Source: Eukaryota sp. GEM-RC1 (taxonomy: Eukaryota). From it: 64,000 nt of DNA. This document shows positions 13,171 to 26,676 of this stretch, in pieces. Within the stretch, counting starts at the first letter, position 1. The number at the start of each line of letters is the position of its first letter. Position numbers and translations under genes: made by a program. The DNA lies in contig JAUFOQ010000002.1 of NCBI GenBank assembly GCA_040285855.1, positions 2,170,001 through 2,234,000 of the forward strand, given 5' to 3'. A model generated the notes under the pieces. The model saw only the letters and a program-made list of their open reading frames with translations. It was not told the origin of the DNA and did no database searches.

Positions 13171-14172
13171 GACATTGCTGTTGTTGTTCTTTTGTACTTT
13201 ACACCGATTGAGTTTAATTCCATGTGTCATTTGCATTGGTCACATACTAGTTCATACCATATTGTATTGGTCTCACCAAATACATTTATTTTCGGTTACA
13301 AATATAGAATACCGTTAAATAGTGTCAAATGATAGATCAATACCACTACATCATCTCGTATTCATGATTGAATTTAAAGAGACGGTTTAGAACTGTTTCC
13401 AAATTCCTAAACAGTATGCAAAAGGGGAAAATGACAACAGTCTCCAAAAGTCCCGCATTCTGTTTATTGTTCCGATAAATGACTGAAATTTTTGTCCAAA
13501 AGCCAAACTTTCCTGTAAAGAATAAACAATTGTACTAAAGTCCATAATGCCCTGAATCCTTCAGTTTTTCTAAGTAACTGCGATGTTTCTTCACTTCTTG
13601 AAGATCAACCACAACTAATATTCATGCCATACTCCAGTAACACCTCGAGTCCGACATTAGAAGAAGACCTGAGCCTTACAGTTGCGAAAGATGCCAGAAT
13701 CGGTGCTATACAATGGAGACAAAAACATCATACTAGTATGTTAAGAGAGGATTAAGTGGATCTCGTCACGATACAAAACCATAGGATATATATATATAAA
13801 TCCTAAACTTTTTGTGTTAGACATTATGTTTATCATACAATGCATTGTTGGTATTAACAACTAACAATGATGTTGCTGTTGAATGATTGATTCATGGAAC
13901 ATACTTTAAGAAAAGGTCATGTAAAGGTTTCCTTTAATAAGCAGTGTTGCGCCATTGTTTGCCATACGCGTATGGCATATTCTGTTTATATTAGTTTTAA
14001 ATCGTCTTAATATACCGTGAAAATGAATGATTGATTCATGGAAACCAGCAAAATGCAGGAACTGTAAGATGCCGAACATACATTAAGAATTAGTCCTGTG
14101 AAGGACTCCTTTAATAGGAGAAGAAATTGACCTTTTGATTGATAACTGGCTTTCAGTCTAGATGTATCTGCA

Positions 14173-15179
14173 ATGCAGCAACATACCCTTCCTGTCATAA
14201 TACAAGATAACACCATACGTCTTCACAATGCTAAGAAAACTGTTGTTCCCAGTTCCAAATTGCCTACATCCAAACTCTACCTTACTTCGGACGACGTCCT
14301 ATCTGATCTCTATGGTGTCAATCCGTCGCTTACATGCACTTCTTTCGTATCAAAGTGTAAAGAGGAACCTGTCTCAACCGATCGCATACTCAAACAAAAC
14401 CTGACCATTCATGTTCCATCCCCATCTCCGAGACAGCCTGCTCGGAGACATTCTCTTCTTCTCATACTAAAAAACGAAACAGTTCCCTACTGATTCAACC
14501 TGCTTCCCCTACACGTCCGACGGCTGCACAATCTTACTACAGCCCTGCAATACTACACTCACGTCCTATAACTCGTACAAATACTCGTCCAATTACCCGT
14601 GCGGTTACCCGTACAAGTTCTCCTTCACCTGAACCTTCCCCCCTCCTTGTTTATTGGGTCTCAAACTTATGCTAATGATCCCGATGCTACTTCCATCCCC
14701 TCTGAGTATCTAAACCTCTTGTCAAAGCCTTCCAAGCCTAGAGTAACAGTAACCAGACCAAAAACCGTGTCAGGAAGCAGATCTATGCCATCCATCACGT
14801 CATCACTACAACGATCCTCTTCTCCTCTCTCTATCACCCCTCTTCAAAAATCACCTCAAGAAGTGAAGAGTTTTGCTTCTCCTGATCGTTCTCCTACTTC
14901 TTCTAAGCCTAAAAGTCAACATAGCCTTAGGGATCACGATTCATTTCTTCAAATACGATCGAAATCATCTCCTTCCATTGGACAATTGTTTCTTTCATCG
15001 GACAAACGGAATAACTTCTTTAAATCTTCTTCTGTTGCTGATGTATCTTCCTTTTCTTCTTCTTTTTGCGAGGAACTCCAGTTGAAGTAATGGACAAGAG
15101 TTTGCTCTATGGAAGGTCATTTTCACCAATGTTTAGTGCACCACCACCTTCAGCTCGAAATAGTCCAAGAATACCGTGA
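14173..15179 (+). CDS. Ser/Pro-rich hypothetical protein (3 single-base frameshifts)
   Basis: Consecutive open frames join at about 14452, 14638-14643 (C6) and 15063-15067 (T5); ends at TGA 15177-15179. Confidence 0.55.
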
Positions 15180-15342
15180 TTTGTGATCTAATATTTGAAT
15201 TATTAGAATATTTGTAATTTAGTTAGGTTGTTTTGAACACAATTATTAACTTTTCAATTATCATGTATTTCAAATGCATTGTACATTTTTCATCAAATTT
15301 TCAAATTTGTTGTTTATAAACAACTTTTCTCCTTTAAAATAT

Positions 15343-18095
15343 CTAAGTCAGATAAAGCAATTCTTCTATAACTACCTTATTTGTCTTATAAATACTGCCG
15401 GCTTTTTTTGGCAGTGGTATATCACCATCATCAATCACTCTATGAGAGTCAATGCTAGTCGTTGATTGTTGACTGGATGGGTTACTAAATGACGATGACG
15501 CAGACATGCTTCTTTCAATTTGTGAGTGTGGACGTGGAGTCGACGGTGGCGCAATCACATTGTTGAAAGAAGAAATTTCCAAATTTTTGAGTGATGATTT
15601 AAAAACCCGTGCTGATTTTGACCGTGGAGTTGTGGGTTTCCTTTGTGGTGGTAAGGAAAGTTTAGTCTGTCTCCATAAAGGACCTTCTTCTTGTTTTTCT
15701 TGAGTTTCATCTTGATTGAGATAATAATCGGACAGGTCATTGAATGATCGAGAAGTTTGAAATTTGGGTTTTTCAAATTCAGAACTTTTGAAAAATGAAG
15801 AGATATTAATCTCAGGTAGTTCCGGTTGATTATTAGAATTTGTAATACTTTTCGATGATTTCCATGTAGACAATTGACTTTTCGGTCTACAATTTGTCCT
15901 TGAAAATTTATAATCTGTGCTATTACTACTCTTTGTTATCAATGGCGATCCAAGGAAAATAGATTCCGGACTTTCGGGTTTAGAATGTGAAAAGACCGAG
16001 GCAGATCGATTAAATGTTGGAGTTGTGTTTAGTCTGGGAGATTCTCTTTGACTTGGGACTGTTAAAGAACCTTCACCAATGGAAAGAGGCGCGTTGAAGT
16101 CAAAAACGTCATCAGAGTGATTGAAATTGATTGCGATGTCTGTTCCCTTCTTTGGAATACTTTCTTCTTTGGGAAGGTAATCACATGTTCTTGGTGACAC
16201 TATGGGAGACACTGTTTGTTGCAAATTACCAATAGAATGTTTAATAATTGAAACAATACTTTTTTTTCCGTTGATTGTCCGTCATCTCAGTGAAATTAAA
16301 AGTGATTGAGGGAGCCAAAATATCAATATTAGCAGCAATCGACTCGACATCCAAGCAAGTTGTGTCGAAGTTGACCCCATTCAAGTAATCAAGTGATCTG
16401 ATTAATGATACACCTTCATCATCCAATAGAGTAAGTAAAGTGATTTTGGCACTGTCGAAAATCGCTCTTGATTGCTCTTGTCGGTTGATTTTCCAATCAG
16501 CAAGTTCCTTTTGCCATTGTGTCGTTACTTTTGATAAATATGTTAAAAATTTGGATTTTTCAAACTCTGTACAAGTCGCAAGTTTCTCTGCAATTGCTGC
16601 AGCTCTACAAACATACTTACTACGAGTGATCATAATTTTCCAGGCTTCCAATGACTTTTGTGTACGAAGATCTGAAGTCTTAGAAAAGCAAATATCAAAT
16701 AATTGTAGAATATTCAAATTTTGAGTAGAAGTGGGTGGTACTAGCTGTCGCACAGCAATCAAACTGGACTCCACATTAGTAAGTAAACGTGATGGTTGAA
16801 AGAAGTCACGAGACTGTAGTTTTTTACCAATATTTAAAATTTCTTTGGGTTTCTTCGGTGGAACAGTTTGAACAGATTGATTTTTGATTTTGACTGACAT
16901 ACAATCAACTTCCCTATTAACGTATTTGACCTTGATAGTAGAAACTGATTGATTAACAACGAGATTGGTTGTTTGGCAAGAATTTTCAAAATAATTTAAA
17001 ATATTGGTTTGTGATGATGCTTCAAATGATTTCGACAATGATTCAGTTCCACAACATTTTTCAAAAAACAGTTTCGGTGGCTTTCCAACATCACGGTCAA
17101 ACAAAGTCAATTGTGATTGTTCCAGACAACGAGAAGTAAAGATCAACCGATTTCTGGTTTCCTTGATCTCAGCTTCAAACTTCTTAGTAACTGAGCTCAA
17201 CTCAAATCGCAGAGCTCTGCAATCTTTTTGTGATTTGGTAAGTTCTTCCCGCGTTTTGACCATTTCTCCTTGAATTTCCTGGAAATTTTGCTGTAATTTA
17301 GAATATTGCTCCTGTTCTTGCTTGTATTTAGAAACGAAATCAGGCTCAATTAGATTCTTCAACCAATCCGCTTCATCAGCAGAAGTTTTTAATAATCTAT
17401 TTTCAGCAAGTAACGACTCAATTTGAGTGTCTTTCTTGATAACTAATTGTTTTAAATAATTTAAATCTAAATCTGATTGATTTGTAATAGAATCAAATTT
17501 TCTCTGCAGTTCTTCATTAAATTGAATACTCTTTTTTAATTTGTCTCGTAAATCATCTTCGTCTATATTAGATTCAAAGAGCTTCAACTTCACTACTAAA
17601 AGTAGGAAGTTGCTTGTCCTCATTCTTACTAGGAGACGAAACTATACGCCGTTGTACCGTCTGTACCCAAGTTTGAAGTGATTCAGCGTGCGGAGAGTCT
17701 GGAAGATTAGAGGTAGATGAAGTAGTGAGATTGGACTCATAGATAGCACTTGGACTGGTGAATGAGAGGTTTGAAAGAGATGAGCATAGAAAGTAGTGTG
17801 AAGATCGATGAGTCTGACGGTGAGAATTGCAGCAGTACAGAGTGTGTGGACAAAGTGAGCAAGAGAAAGAAGGTGAATCGCTTGATATAGGGGAAAAGCA
17901 GTATTCACACACGTGAATTGATAATAAATTGTGAGCAGAAGTGATGACTTCAAGAGAAGGACGTACTAGGGTACTGGAAAGTTGCTCATAGTGGAACTTA
18001 AGAGTAGACAGTAGAGATTCAGGACAAAATGATGAATGACTTGCACAATAGTAACGTAAGAAGAAGACATTCAGGAGTTCCTGAAACAGAAGCAT
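15343..18095 (-). CDS. MYND-type zinc finger / coiled-coil protein (2 frameshifts)
   Basis: CEYC...CSLC..TLYCCNSHRQTHRSSHYFLC (MYND-like), then coiled coil and a Ser-rich tail; three ORFs join by 1-nt shifts at about 17576 and 16260-16267. Confidence 0.65.
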
Positions 18096-18421
18096 TCAAT
18101 TAGAAACTATAAGCGACAATGAAATGATGTTGTCCGATTTCGACAATGTAAAATATACAGACAAAAGTGGCACTCAACTATTGTACAGTACTTGATTTCA
18201 TCAGTATACATCACATTTATTTGAATGAATTGCAGTTGTATGAAACATCTAGGATCGTTCTAGAGTGAACCTAGCGAAAAGTGTTTAAACTGACATTAAT
18301 ACTAACAAATATTTTTCGTAGAGGAGTTCAAAGGGTAATACAGAACATGTATCTATTTTTAAATAAGAGCAATAGTTGCAATGAACAACACTAAACAAAG
18401 ACTTCGAATCGATCAACAAAT

Positions 18422-18658
18422 CAGGGATCAAAAGACATATATTGCAATATATTTCTAGCATAAAAAATGTACAATAAATATATTGGAAAATGTGATCATT
18501 GCAATAAATAATTGCAATATATTGCAATATTTTGGGTAAAATTTGGTTCGTGAAAATGTAAGAAATTGAGACGTTCTGCTGAAATTTACTGACTGAAAAT
18601 CAACCACTAGTAGAACATCAGAGCTTTTAGTCGGTACAATTTATTTTTTCGATCCCTG
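18422..18658. mobile_element. hAT MITE
   Basis: TIR CAGGGATC; 8-bp TSD CAACAAAT (18414-18421, 18659-18666). Confidence 0.85.
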
Positions 18659-18721
18659 CAACAAATTGTACCTTCATTGGCAAAATCAAGTTTAAATAAC
18701 AGCCCGACTACTGTTTTTTAT

Positions 18722-18851
18722 CATAGTTGCAAAATACACGGACAAAAGATTAATACAATACAATGTACAGAATACAAAAAATACAGAATACAAAAACACA
18801 ATACAGATACAGAATAAAAAAAAATACTGTATTTTGTATTTTACAACTATG
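18722..18851. mobile_element. Short hAT-like MITE (ATACA repeats)
   Basis: TIR CATAGTTG(C/T)AAAATACA; T-rich TSD, approximately TTTTTTAT. Confidence 0.75.
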
Positions 18852-19089
18852 TTTTTTTATGAAAACGTTTCGAGATTTAGAAAATATGAGCATCAAGAAA
18901 CAGTCGAGATATGGGCTCGGTCATCCACCCACCATTACACTCCATCTCTATTCTACTTAACCAGTCAGTCGTGTTTGAAGAGTTATTTCACTTTCAGCGT
19001 TGGTTAATCTGGTGTGAATATGTAATTAATATACATAATTTGTAACAGCCGTGGTTTTTTATTATACTAAACTTACCAGATCACGCTAC

Positions 19090-19685
19090 CATGGAACGAA
19101 AATGTTCCATACCGCGGCGATTTTAGGCGTACCGTACCGTACGTGCGTACGTGCGGTACAAGTACCGGCACTGTTCTTTTGATTGACTGAAATAATGTAT
19201 TACTATTTAGAACATGGTGATCCAATGTGAGATTTTAGCAGTTACCATCGTCATAAATTCTACCGTTAATCAGTGCTCAAAATCGTGGTTGTCACACTCA
19301 TTCAAATTCAGGGTACGTCATTCGCTGACCACAACTTCCCCAAAATGACATTTTTACGTAAGAAGCTAAGCAATCGCTCGTATCCAACAATAGTAGTAGC
19401 TTCTTCGAATCGCAATGCATTTATTGAGTGGGTAGGACGAAATATAACAATGATGAAGGGCCCAAAAACCCACAGATTGGATTTCTAAAGAATCAGATGA
19501 TGCAGTAGCAATCTGCATTAGTACTGTGTTTGACTAGTGAATGAACCTCCACTCAAAAAATAGTATTTGTAAATCCATCTTGATCATTCATAAATAGGCT
19601 TTTTATATAAAAATCAAATGACATTGGTACGGATAAAATAAATCGGTACGTACGGTACGTACCAAAGATTTGCGCACATTGCATG
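19090..19685. mobile_element. MITE with GTAC/CGTAC repeats, copy 1
   Basis: CATG termini; full-length homology to the inverted copy at 24930-25495. Confidence 0.75.
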
Positions 19686-19943
19686 CTACAGGTAAAATGT
19701 TAATACAACTTGCAGAAAACTACTGATTTTTCAGAACAATCTAAGTGAAACAAATACGATGTTCCCTTGACTGCTCTCCATGTGAGTACAACTTATGGAA
19801 TTTTGTGATCTCAATTTATAGTCGACTTGGTAAAGATGCTCTTTGTTTTCTTTCTGATTAAAAGAAAGTTGTCACAAAACGAATGAACAAGAAATTTCAT
19901 TTTAAATTTTGGTTGAATCGTATTGTCTTTACAATATTTAAAC

Positions 19944-20570
19944 CATAGTTGTGGATACCTATATCCCAATAAAAAGAATACCTAATACCTACCAAAATAC
20001 CAAAATACCGAATACCTCAGCCTGATACCTGAATACCCAGAAAAATGATTGAAGCTAATTTATATAACCTGTTGTACAAACATCTAACTCAACAATATAC
20101 AGTGCTACAAACTGTGTTACTCGTGGCTTCGTCTTGATTTTCTTCCACTTTTGCATAGTCCATCCAAATGGTTGACAACCATTACACCTGATATCCACAA
20201 GTTCTTTCGTGATAACCTTGGCTGTGACAAGCTTCCACAATGGGTTTTTAGAAGTTTGCCCAATGGTGGCAAAAGAAGTGTCCTTTTTTGGGAATAGATG
20301 ATTCAAAGGGAAGGTTGGCAACACTTCAACAAACAGTTTTAATCTGGTGGTGACTTAGAACACGTACAATGTATCCATTTGTTCAAAAATAGAAAACTTG
20401 ATTAATCCAAAAGAATGTACTAAACAAAACTAATACTATTTAAATGTAGCATTAGAAGGGTACTTTTGGTAGTGACAGGTATCTCCAATATGAGACATGA
20501 AAATACCTAATACCTACCTCAATACCTAATACCTACCGAAATACCTCGAATTTAGGTATCCACAACTATG
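19944..20570. mobile_element. hAT MITE (AATACC repeats) with possible BED-finger remnant
   Basis: TIR CATAGTTGTGGATACCTA; 8-bp TSD ATTTAAAC; internal KNPLWKLV...IRCNGC on the - strand. Confidence 0.9.
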
Positions 20571-20990
20571 ATTTAAACCAATTTTTATTATGATTTCGAA
20601 AGCCCTATTAGCTCTCAGTATTTTCTATGAAGAGAAACCTAATGTGAGTTTTAATGGCAATGAATGTTGTTTTAATGATGTTTAGTTCTAGTTTTTGTAC
20701 TGATTTTATGGTTTTTGTTTTATGAAATTAAAACCTTCCCAAAAACTACTGTTGTCTTTCAAACAGCTACTGTACATCTCTTTGTCACATAGATCAATTG
20801 TCTCGTAATAGTACTTGCCTTGACATTACGACATATTTTGTATTATAACAACTGAATCAGATGAGAGTTCAAACAACAATTTGTGAAGACCGATCCATAT
20901 CTACATTGACATACGTATTAACAAATGGTAACGTTTGAACAGTATGAAGATCGGCGAAACCAAATTCCTATACCTTTTCTTAACCCAAAA

Positions 20991-21714
20991 ATGAAGCTAG
21001 TTCTCGTTATTTTTGTTCTTATCGCTTTAGCATCTGCAGCCCCTAACCCCAAATCAAAAGGTGGTCAAAAGGCTGCTCTGTTCGATCTTTACAAGGAAAA
21101 TGGGAGCTTCAGTTCGCTGATGACATCGTGTATGAAGCTCATTTGACCCAGGTCGAAGACACTCTCCGTGGATCTTTTTTCTACAATAACACTGAGACTC
21201 TGGAGAAGGAGAACGAGAAATTTTTGCTCGTGTATGTTATCCGTTATCTTCTTATCATAGTGAGTTTGAGGATAAGGAAGTTGGTACCGTTTATTTTACT
21301 GATGCCGAAGGTGAACATCCCACCGAAGCATTCACCTTCTCTTTTGAAGAATCTTTCAATGGACTCCAAGTCTCCCGAACCAACCTTCCCAACGGTGGTA
21401 TTCTCCAAATCCTAGCCCCCACAGCCACCGCTTTCTATGCCAATATTGTTCAGGACGGACAGCTAACATCTGTATCTGCCAAGAAATTCTTAGTTCACAA
21501 GGCCCAGTCTACTCTCGCCAGATTATTACCCTCTTTGTTGATGATGTTGGTTATGATTGTTCCTAGAATTATTGGAGCTCGTAATATGTCTCGCCGACAG
21601 GCACAACAGCCTCCCGCCACCCCTGCTCCCGCAGATAGCGAAAATGTTGAACCTCAACATGAACAAGTAGAAGAACTTCCCGATGAGGACGAAAGTACTG
21701 TTAGAGAACGTTAA
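20991..21714 (+). CDS. Signal peptide + single C-terminal TM membrane protein (1 intron, 1 frameshift)
   Basis: MKLVLVIFVLIALASA signal peptide; 1-nt shift at GGG 21102-21104; 29-nt intron 21232-21260; TM LLPSLLMMLVMIVP; acidic tail; TAA 21712-21714. Confidence 0.75.
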
Positions 21715-21865
21715 GTCGGTTACTGAATGTGTTCGTTCGAGTTTTTGGTCGTCAGAAATAAATTAATTTCGGTCTTATCGTCGATTTCCCAATGCAAACA
21801 ACCTAGAAAGCTATACAAACATATCCTTTGCCATTGATGTATTGGGGTTGTTTTTTTGTTTATAA

Positions 21866-22205
21866 CATAGCTGTCCATTACGTCATGACGTCAAGGCAAT
21901 ATTACGTCATGACACTCTGTAATGACGTCATGACAAATTAACACTTTATGTCATGACAAACGTATCATCGTTAAATCGTTCAACATCGTAGTTTTTTGAC
22001 ATTTTTGATATACAATCAATAGTAAAGCATGCTAATCAACACAGAGAAGTAGATAGCCAATTGAGTTTGAATAAGACTGTAATAAGTTGTATCTGTATTT
22101 TGTTTTGCCCACATCTATTTTTCAATTATGGGTGTAATGATGTAATGAATGTAATGACACCATTACGTCATGACAGTGAGGTAGTTGGTGTCATGGACAG
22201 CTATG
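21866..22205. mobile_element. hAT MITE (CGTCATGAC repeats)
   Basis: TIR CATAGCTGTCCAT; 8-bp TSD GTTTATAA. Confidence 0.9.
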
Positions 22206-22267
22206 GTTTATAATCATGACGGATACCATTGTTGTACTGGAAAATCAAAAATGTTAAATAAGTATTT

Positions 22268-22715
22268 CTTAAGATATCCTAGTCCGTCATGAGTGTCTAA
22301 ATCTTACCAAAGTACACATTAAAATTTGGCCAGTCAGTAATTTCTTGATCAAAGAAGGTTTTTATTATTCTACTAGTAAGTATTTATCGAGCACCGGTTA
22401 ATCAAACTCCATCTTGAGACTAGTGTCTATAGAGCAGATATAATGGCTGTACACATTAGAGCTTGATTGTTTCCTATAAATTTAGTTTTTTTTGCGTTAC
22501 ACACTGTATGTCAAGTGTCCAGGTTCTTTTCAAAATTTTCATTGAGTAAGGTTTTCATATACATGTAGTGTAGTAATTGAAATCTAAGAATATTTCAAGA
22601 ATGACTTGCTGCGTTGTAAACTCGAAACCATAATTTTTGAAAGCAACCTGTGAGATTAATTAGAGAAACAATACAAGCCTACTTTCTACTATGTTTGTAT
22701 TAGAACCTATACGAT
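22268..22715 (-). repeat. Decayed intron-containing transposase-like repeat, copy A
   Basis: Homologous to 31108-31552; the - strand reads YRIGSNTNIVES-[35-nt GT..AG intron 22648-22682]-CFQKLW. Confidence 0.55.
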
Positions 22716-22866
22716 AGTCAAGCTAGATGTTTAATATAGTCATTGTCCACCAACAGTTAATGTTGATGGAACAGTCCAACCTCTGATTACTGACACTTTC
22801 GAGGGTGTGACTCTTCAGAGGTTCTGTTGTATTTGATGTGGAATATAGTTGTAAACTACAAAATAG

Positions 22867-23201
22867 TAGGGTTTAGATTTGTAGGAAGGTTATCTAATTG
22901 GGTACCGAATAGAGTTTGTTGTTGTAGGGTTGTCCAATGTCTCAAGTCAAGTCAAATCACACCAAGTCGACTTGAGCAAAATGACTTGACTTGAAAAATG
23001 ACTTGGGTGTGAGTGCTGATAGAAATGCACCATTAACCAATGCTCATCATAGTTTAACATCAATTTATTAGTATAAATATGGATTCAGACAATATATTTA
23101 CCACTTAAAAGTTGCAGTATTTGAGCACTTTAACTGATATTCAGTTGCCCACAGTCTATAAAAAAGCGATATTACCCACGTAATTGCATTGGACAACCCT
23201 G
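22867..23201. mobile_element. hAT MITE (CAAGT/GACTT repeats)
   Basis: TIR (T/C)AGGGTTGTCCAATG at 22925 and 23201; 8-bp TSD CAAAATAG flanks 22867 and 23201. Confidence 0.75.
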
Positions 23202-23720
23202 CAAAATAGATTACTGCTTCGGATTCTGTATTGTATGTTATTTTCCGTGACTAACTGAATGATGTGCAACAATACGGTTCTGTATTTATTGTAATATTAA
23301 ATATTTCAATTTCCACTTATAGGTTGTTTTGAAAAAACCAAATGACAAATTTAAAATTTCCAATCTAAGTCATTTGTTCTACCAATGTGTTGAAATATTC
23401 CTACTGATTTAAACATATTCAATAGTTTCTAGAAGTTTCATAATGATTCTGATTCTAATGGATTGATCAAATATTACTTGCGCCTCACAAGTATTGGTTA
23501 AGTAGCTAAGTTTCATTTATTCTAAATTGAAAAAGAGCATTCTCAAGTTGATGAAAAAGACAGAAAGTATCATCTTCAAAGGCTTTCAGAAGCACAGAAA
23601 ATATTTGAGGCAATGAATCAAGAAAGAAATTAAGAGCAGAACACTGCAATAAAAACCGAAAGCAAAAATCTATTGTACAAATACAAAAACACCATCTTAG
23701 CCGATGGTCAGGTGATCTGA

Positions 23721-24758
23721 TTAGCCGTGAGTTGAAGCATCAAACAAAATCGACATAATCTGATTAGCTACCGAATAAGGCAACTTCAACAAATCATGTA
23801 ACGTGATTGTCTCGGTCAATTCTTTTAAACACGTGTCAAAAACCTCAGCAACCAAACCTTCCAAAACAATTGGTGACGAATGAGATTGTTTTCCAAGGTC
23901 AAAAATCAATGACTTCACGTCATTATAAGTGAAGTAACCCTTTACTTCAAAATCAAGCCTTTTAAACAAGTACCGAATACCTCCATCACTTCCACAAAAA
24001 TTGATTCCCAAACAAAAATTTAAAAAATCTTCCCAATTAATTCCTGAATCAGGAGATGAAGAATACAATAACGTAGAAGATAACAAAACAGTAGAAATAC
24101 ATCCACCCCCAAAGGTCATAAATGAGGACTTTGGAATTATTCCTGAAGAATCAGCAAGACCAGTGAATAAAGTCCTCACGTGATCAAGAGCAGCTGGAAG
24201 GATCACAGAATCAGGAGGCAGGATATTCTGAAGAAGCAAGAAGAGATCAGAGACAGGAGGTACCGTGGCAACTGAAGTAAGCGACATACCTGAACGGATG
24301 TGGAAGCATAAACAATAAGAGAGAGAGTCTTGGTAGAGCTGTTCAGAAAGGCAGGTGGAAGACCCACCATAGGAATAGTATATGGTTGAGGCATATTCTT
24401 TTGATAGAGAAGATGCCAGGAAAATGGGATCGGAGAGTTTTGGTGAAACGGTTAAACGATAGAGTGAGTATAATGATAGTATAGCACCACAGAAGCGCAG
24501 AGAAAAGTCTGATGAATTGGGAGAGCAGCAATAATTAGAGTCTTCTTGTAGCATGACTTTGATGACGGGTTCCATTGAAGCAAACCATGGGCAGTTTTTA
24601 AAGATTTGGTTAATGCTGGATGTAGGATAACGACCTTCCACATTAGGTAGAATGGTAGTTAGTTGAGAGAGGGAAATACTGGAGTCACTGAGAGTTCGAA
24701 GAACATTCTCAAAGCAGTATGAGAGCGCTGGATTTAGAGATCGTGAGGTGCTGAGCAT
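23721..24758 (-). CDS. Divergent PP2A B'' (PPP2R3-like) EF-hand regulatory subunit
   Basis: INWEDFLNFCL...GIRYLFKRLDFEVKGYFTYNDV...EVFD...ITLHDL resembles the B'' C-terminal EF-hand region. Confidence 0.65.
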   Translation of the reverse strand: MLSTSRSLNPALSYCFENVLRTLSDSSISLSQLTTILPNVEGRYPTSSINQIFKNCPWFASMEPVIKVMLQEDSNYCCSPNSSDFSLRFCGAILSLYSLYRLTVSPKLSDPIFLASSLSKEYASTIYYSYGGSSTCLSEQLYQDSLSYCLCFHIRSGMSLTSVATVPPVSDLFLLLQNILPPDSVILPAALDHVRTLFTGLADSSGIIPKSSFMTFGGGCISTVLLSSTLLYSSSPDSGINWEDFLNFCLGINFCGSDGGIRYLFKRLDFEVKGYFTYNDVKSLIFDLGKQSHSSPIVLEGLVAEVFDTCLKELTETITLHDLLKLPYSVANQIMSILFDASTHG

Positions 24759-24929
24759 CAACTATCACAAAGGATGTATACTACTTCTGTAGTACAAAAC
24801 AAACCAAATGCAATCTTTTCCACATTTTTGCATGCATACAAACATTATTAGGTTTGCTTTATTCAAACACTAATAGGGTTTAATGTACTGTAGTTAAGCA
24901 ACTAGTTTATTAGCGTTAACTACTGCAAA

Positions 24930-25495
24930 GCAATGTGCGCAAATCTTTGGTACGTACCGATTTCTTTTATCAGTTATCGATGTCATTTGATTTTAATATA
25001 AAGTCTATTTATGAATAATCTAAATGGATTTACAATTAACATTTTTGAGTCACTAGTCAAGCACAGTACTAGTGCAAATCGGTACCGCATCTTCTGATCG
25101 TTTAGAAATCCAGTCTGTGGGTTTTTGGGCCCTTTTATCACTGATATACTATGTCGTAGTCACTCGTTAAACACATTGAAATTCGAAGACGTCACTACTA
25201 TTGTTGATTTCGAGCGATTGCTGAGCTTCTTACGTAGAAATGTCATTTTGGCGAAGTTGTGGTCAGCAAATGACGAATCCCAAATGTAAAACTGTGTGAC
25301 AATACGATTTTGATATACTGAGCATTGTTTAACGGTAGACTCTATGACGATGGTAACTGTTCAAATCTCACATTGGATCATCAAGTTCAAAATAGTATTA
25401 ATTTATATTAGTCGGTCAAAAGTACAGTACCGGTACAGGTACTGTACGTACGGTACGCCTAAAATCGCCTCGGTACGGAACATTTGCGTTCCATG
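24930..25495. mobile_element. MITE with GTAC repeats, copy 2 (inverted)
   Basis: Reverse-complement match to 19090-19685. Confidence 0.75.
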
Positions 25496-25685
25496 CTGCA
25501 AAGATAAGATTGAAAAATCAAAAACTGGATCATCTCATTCCAAAAAAGAATTTATGATTAAACTATTACAAATACTGTACCAGACTCTCAACTCAACAAA
25601 TCGTAATACAATTTACGACAAATACACGTGAGCATCTTCTAATTAATTCTTCCACAATTAAACAGAACACCAACACAAACAACAA

Positions 25686-26603
25686 CTATACTCCAAGCAG
25701 ATCAGACAATTGTGGGTTCTCAGCTTTCTCCCAATCAGCATCGGTCAAAAAGCGAACGTGTTTCATTTCCTTTTCTTGGCTATCCGCCAGAGGACTCGTA
25801 GATTCTGGTAGCGCAAGATCAATGTACGGACTGACACAAAGTATTGATAGGACAAATATGTAAGCGACAAGTTCTATGGAAACTAGAGTCATACGAAGGA
25901 TATAAAGAGAAGTGCTAGGATAGGGAAGGAGATCTAAAGCATGTATCAGTCTCAGTATTGAGGACAGGAAGAAACAAAACGGTATACAAATGAGTTTTTT
26001 GACTCTTGAGATTATAAGCTTATTTAAAATCTGTTTACACATACCAGTAACCAAAACAATGTAAGTTCCCAGAGAGAGAAGTGAAATAAAACAGAATGCA
26101 ACATTGAGATAGAAATGTGTTGATTTACAACTGCCAAATAGATGATCCGAAAGAAAATCAGGTGGTGGGAGATCGATGGTGTTAAAAAACAGGGATGTGA
26201 AGAAGATCAGCCAGACTAGTGACAAAAGTACTGGTGTTTTAAGTGCATGAGACGATGAAGGGATAAACACTGCGGATAGAAAAGACTTACGGCTCTGTAT
26301 AAGCAGATATAGAACAGAGAACATCACAAAGAAATGAAGACATGAAAAGCCCAGGTGAGAAACGAAGCATAATCGGGACTGAGTGGATGAACCAAGAGAC
26401 ATTAGTCGATCATTGATTAAGGAAAGATGAAACAATGACACTAAGGAGAACACAAAAGACACAAATGCAAGGAGTATTCTGAGGCCTGTGAAGTGCGTGA
26501 AGCTAAGGGAATATCTCTTGTAGATCAAGATGCAACTAATCGATACAAAGGCTATAATGGTAGCAATGAGAACACTAAGTAGAAAATCAAGGATAAACAA
26601 CAT
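25686..26603 (-). CDS. Hypothetical multi-pass (about 7 TM) membrane protein
   Basis: 305-aa ORF with about 7 hydrophobic segments and a polar tail. Confidence 0.75.
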   Translation of the reverse strand: MLFILDFLLSVLIATIIAFVSISCILIYKRYSLSFTHFTGLRILLAFVSFVFSLVSLFHLSLINDRLMSLGSSTQSRLCFVSHLGFSCLHFFVMFSVLYLLIQSRKSFLSAVFIPSSSHALKTPVLLSLVWLIFFTSLFFNTIDLPPPDFLSDHLFGSCKSTHFYLNVAFCFISLLSLGTYIVLVTGMCKQILNKLIISRVKKLICIPFCFFLSSILRLIHALDLLPYPSTSLYILRMTLVSIELVAYIFVLSILCVSPYIDLALPESTSPLADSQEKEMKHVRFLTDADWEKAENPQLSDLLGV

Positions 26604-26676
26604 TCAAGAAGACATTCTAATGAGGAGAAGACAGTGACAAAAACTTTTTTTATTACAAAAGAACGAAAGAACCTAT

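Noticed and set aside
17574..17579. CTT-TGA (- strand), identical to the bacterial prfB +1 frameshift site, at a gene junction
   Set aside because: Single instance in a T run within a eukaryotic gene; explained by the same indel noise as the other shifts
22867..22885. TAGGGTTTAG telomere-like sequence
   Set aside because: Not tandemly repeated; it is a MITE terminus
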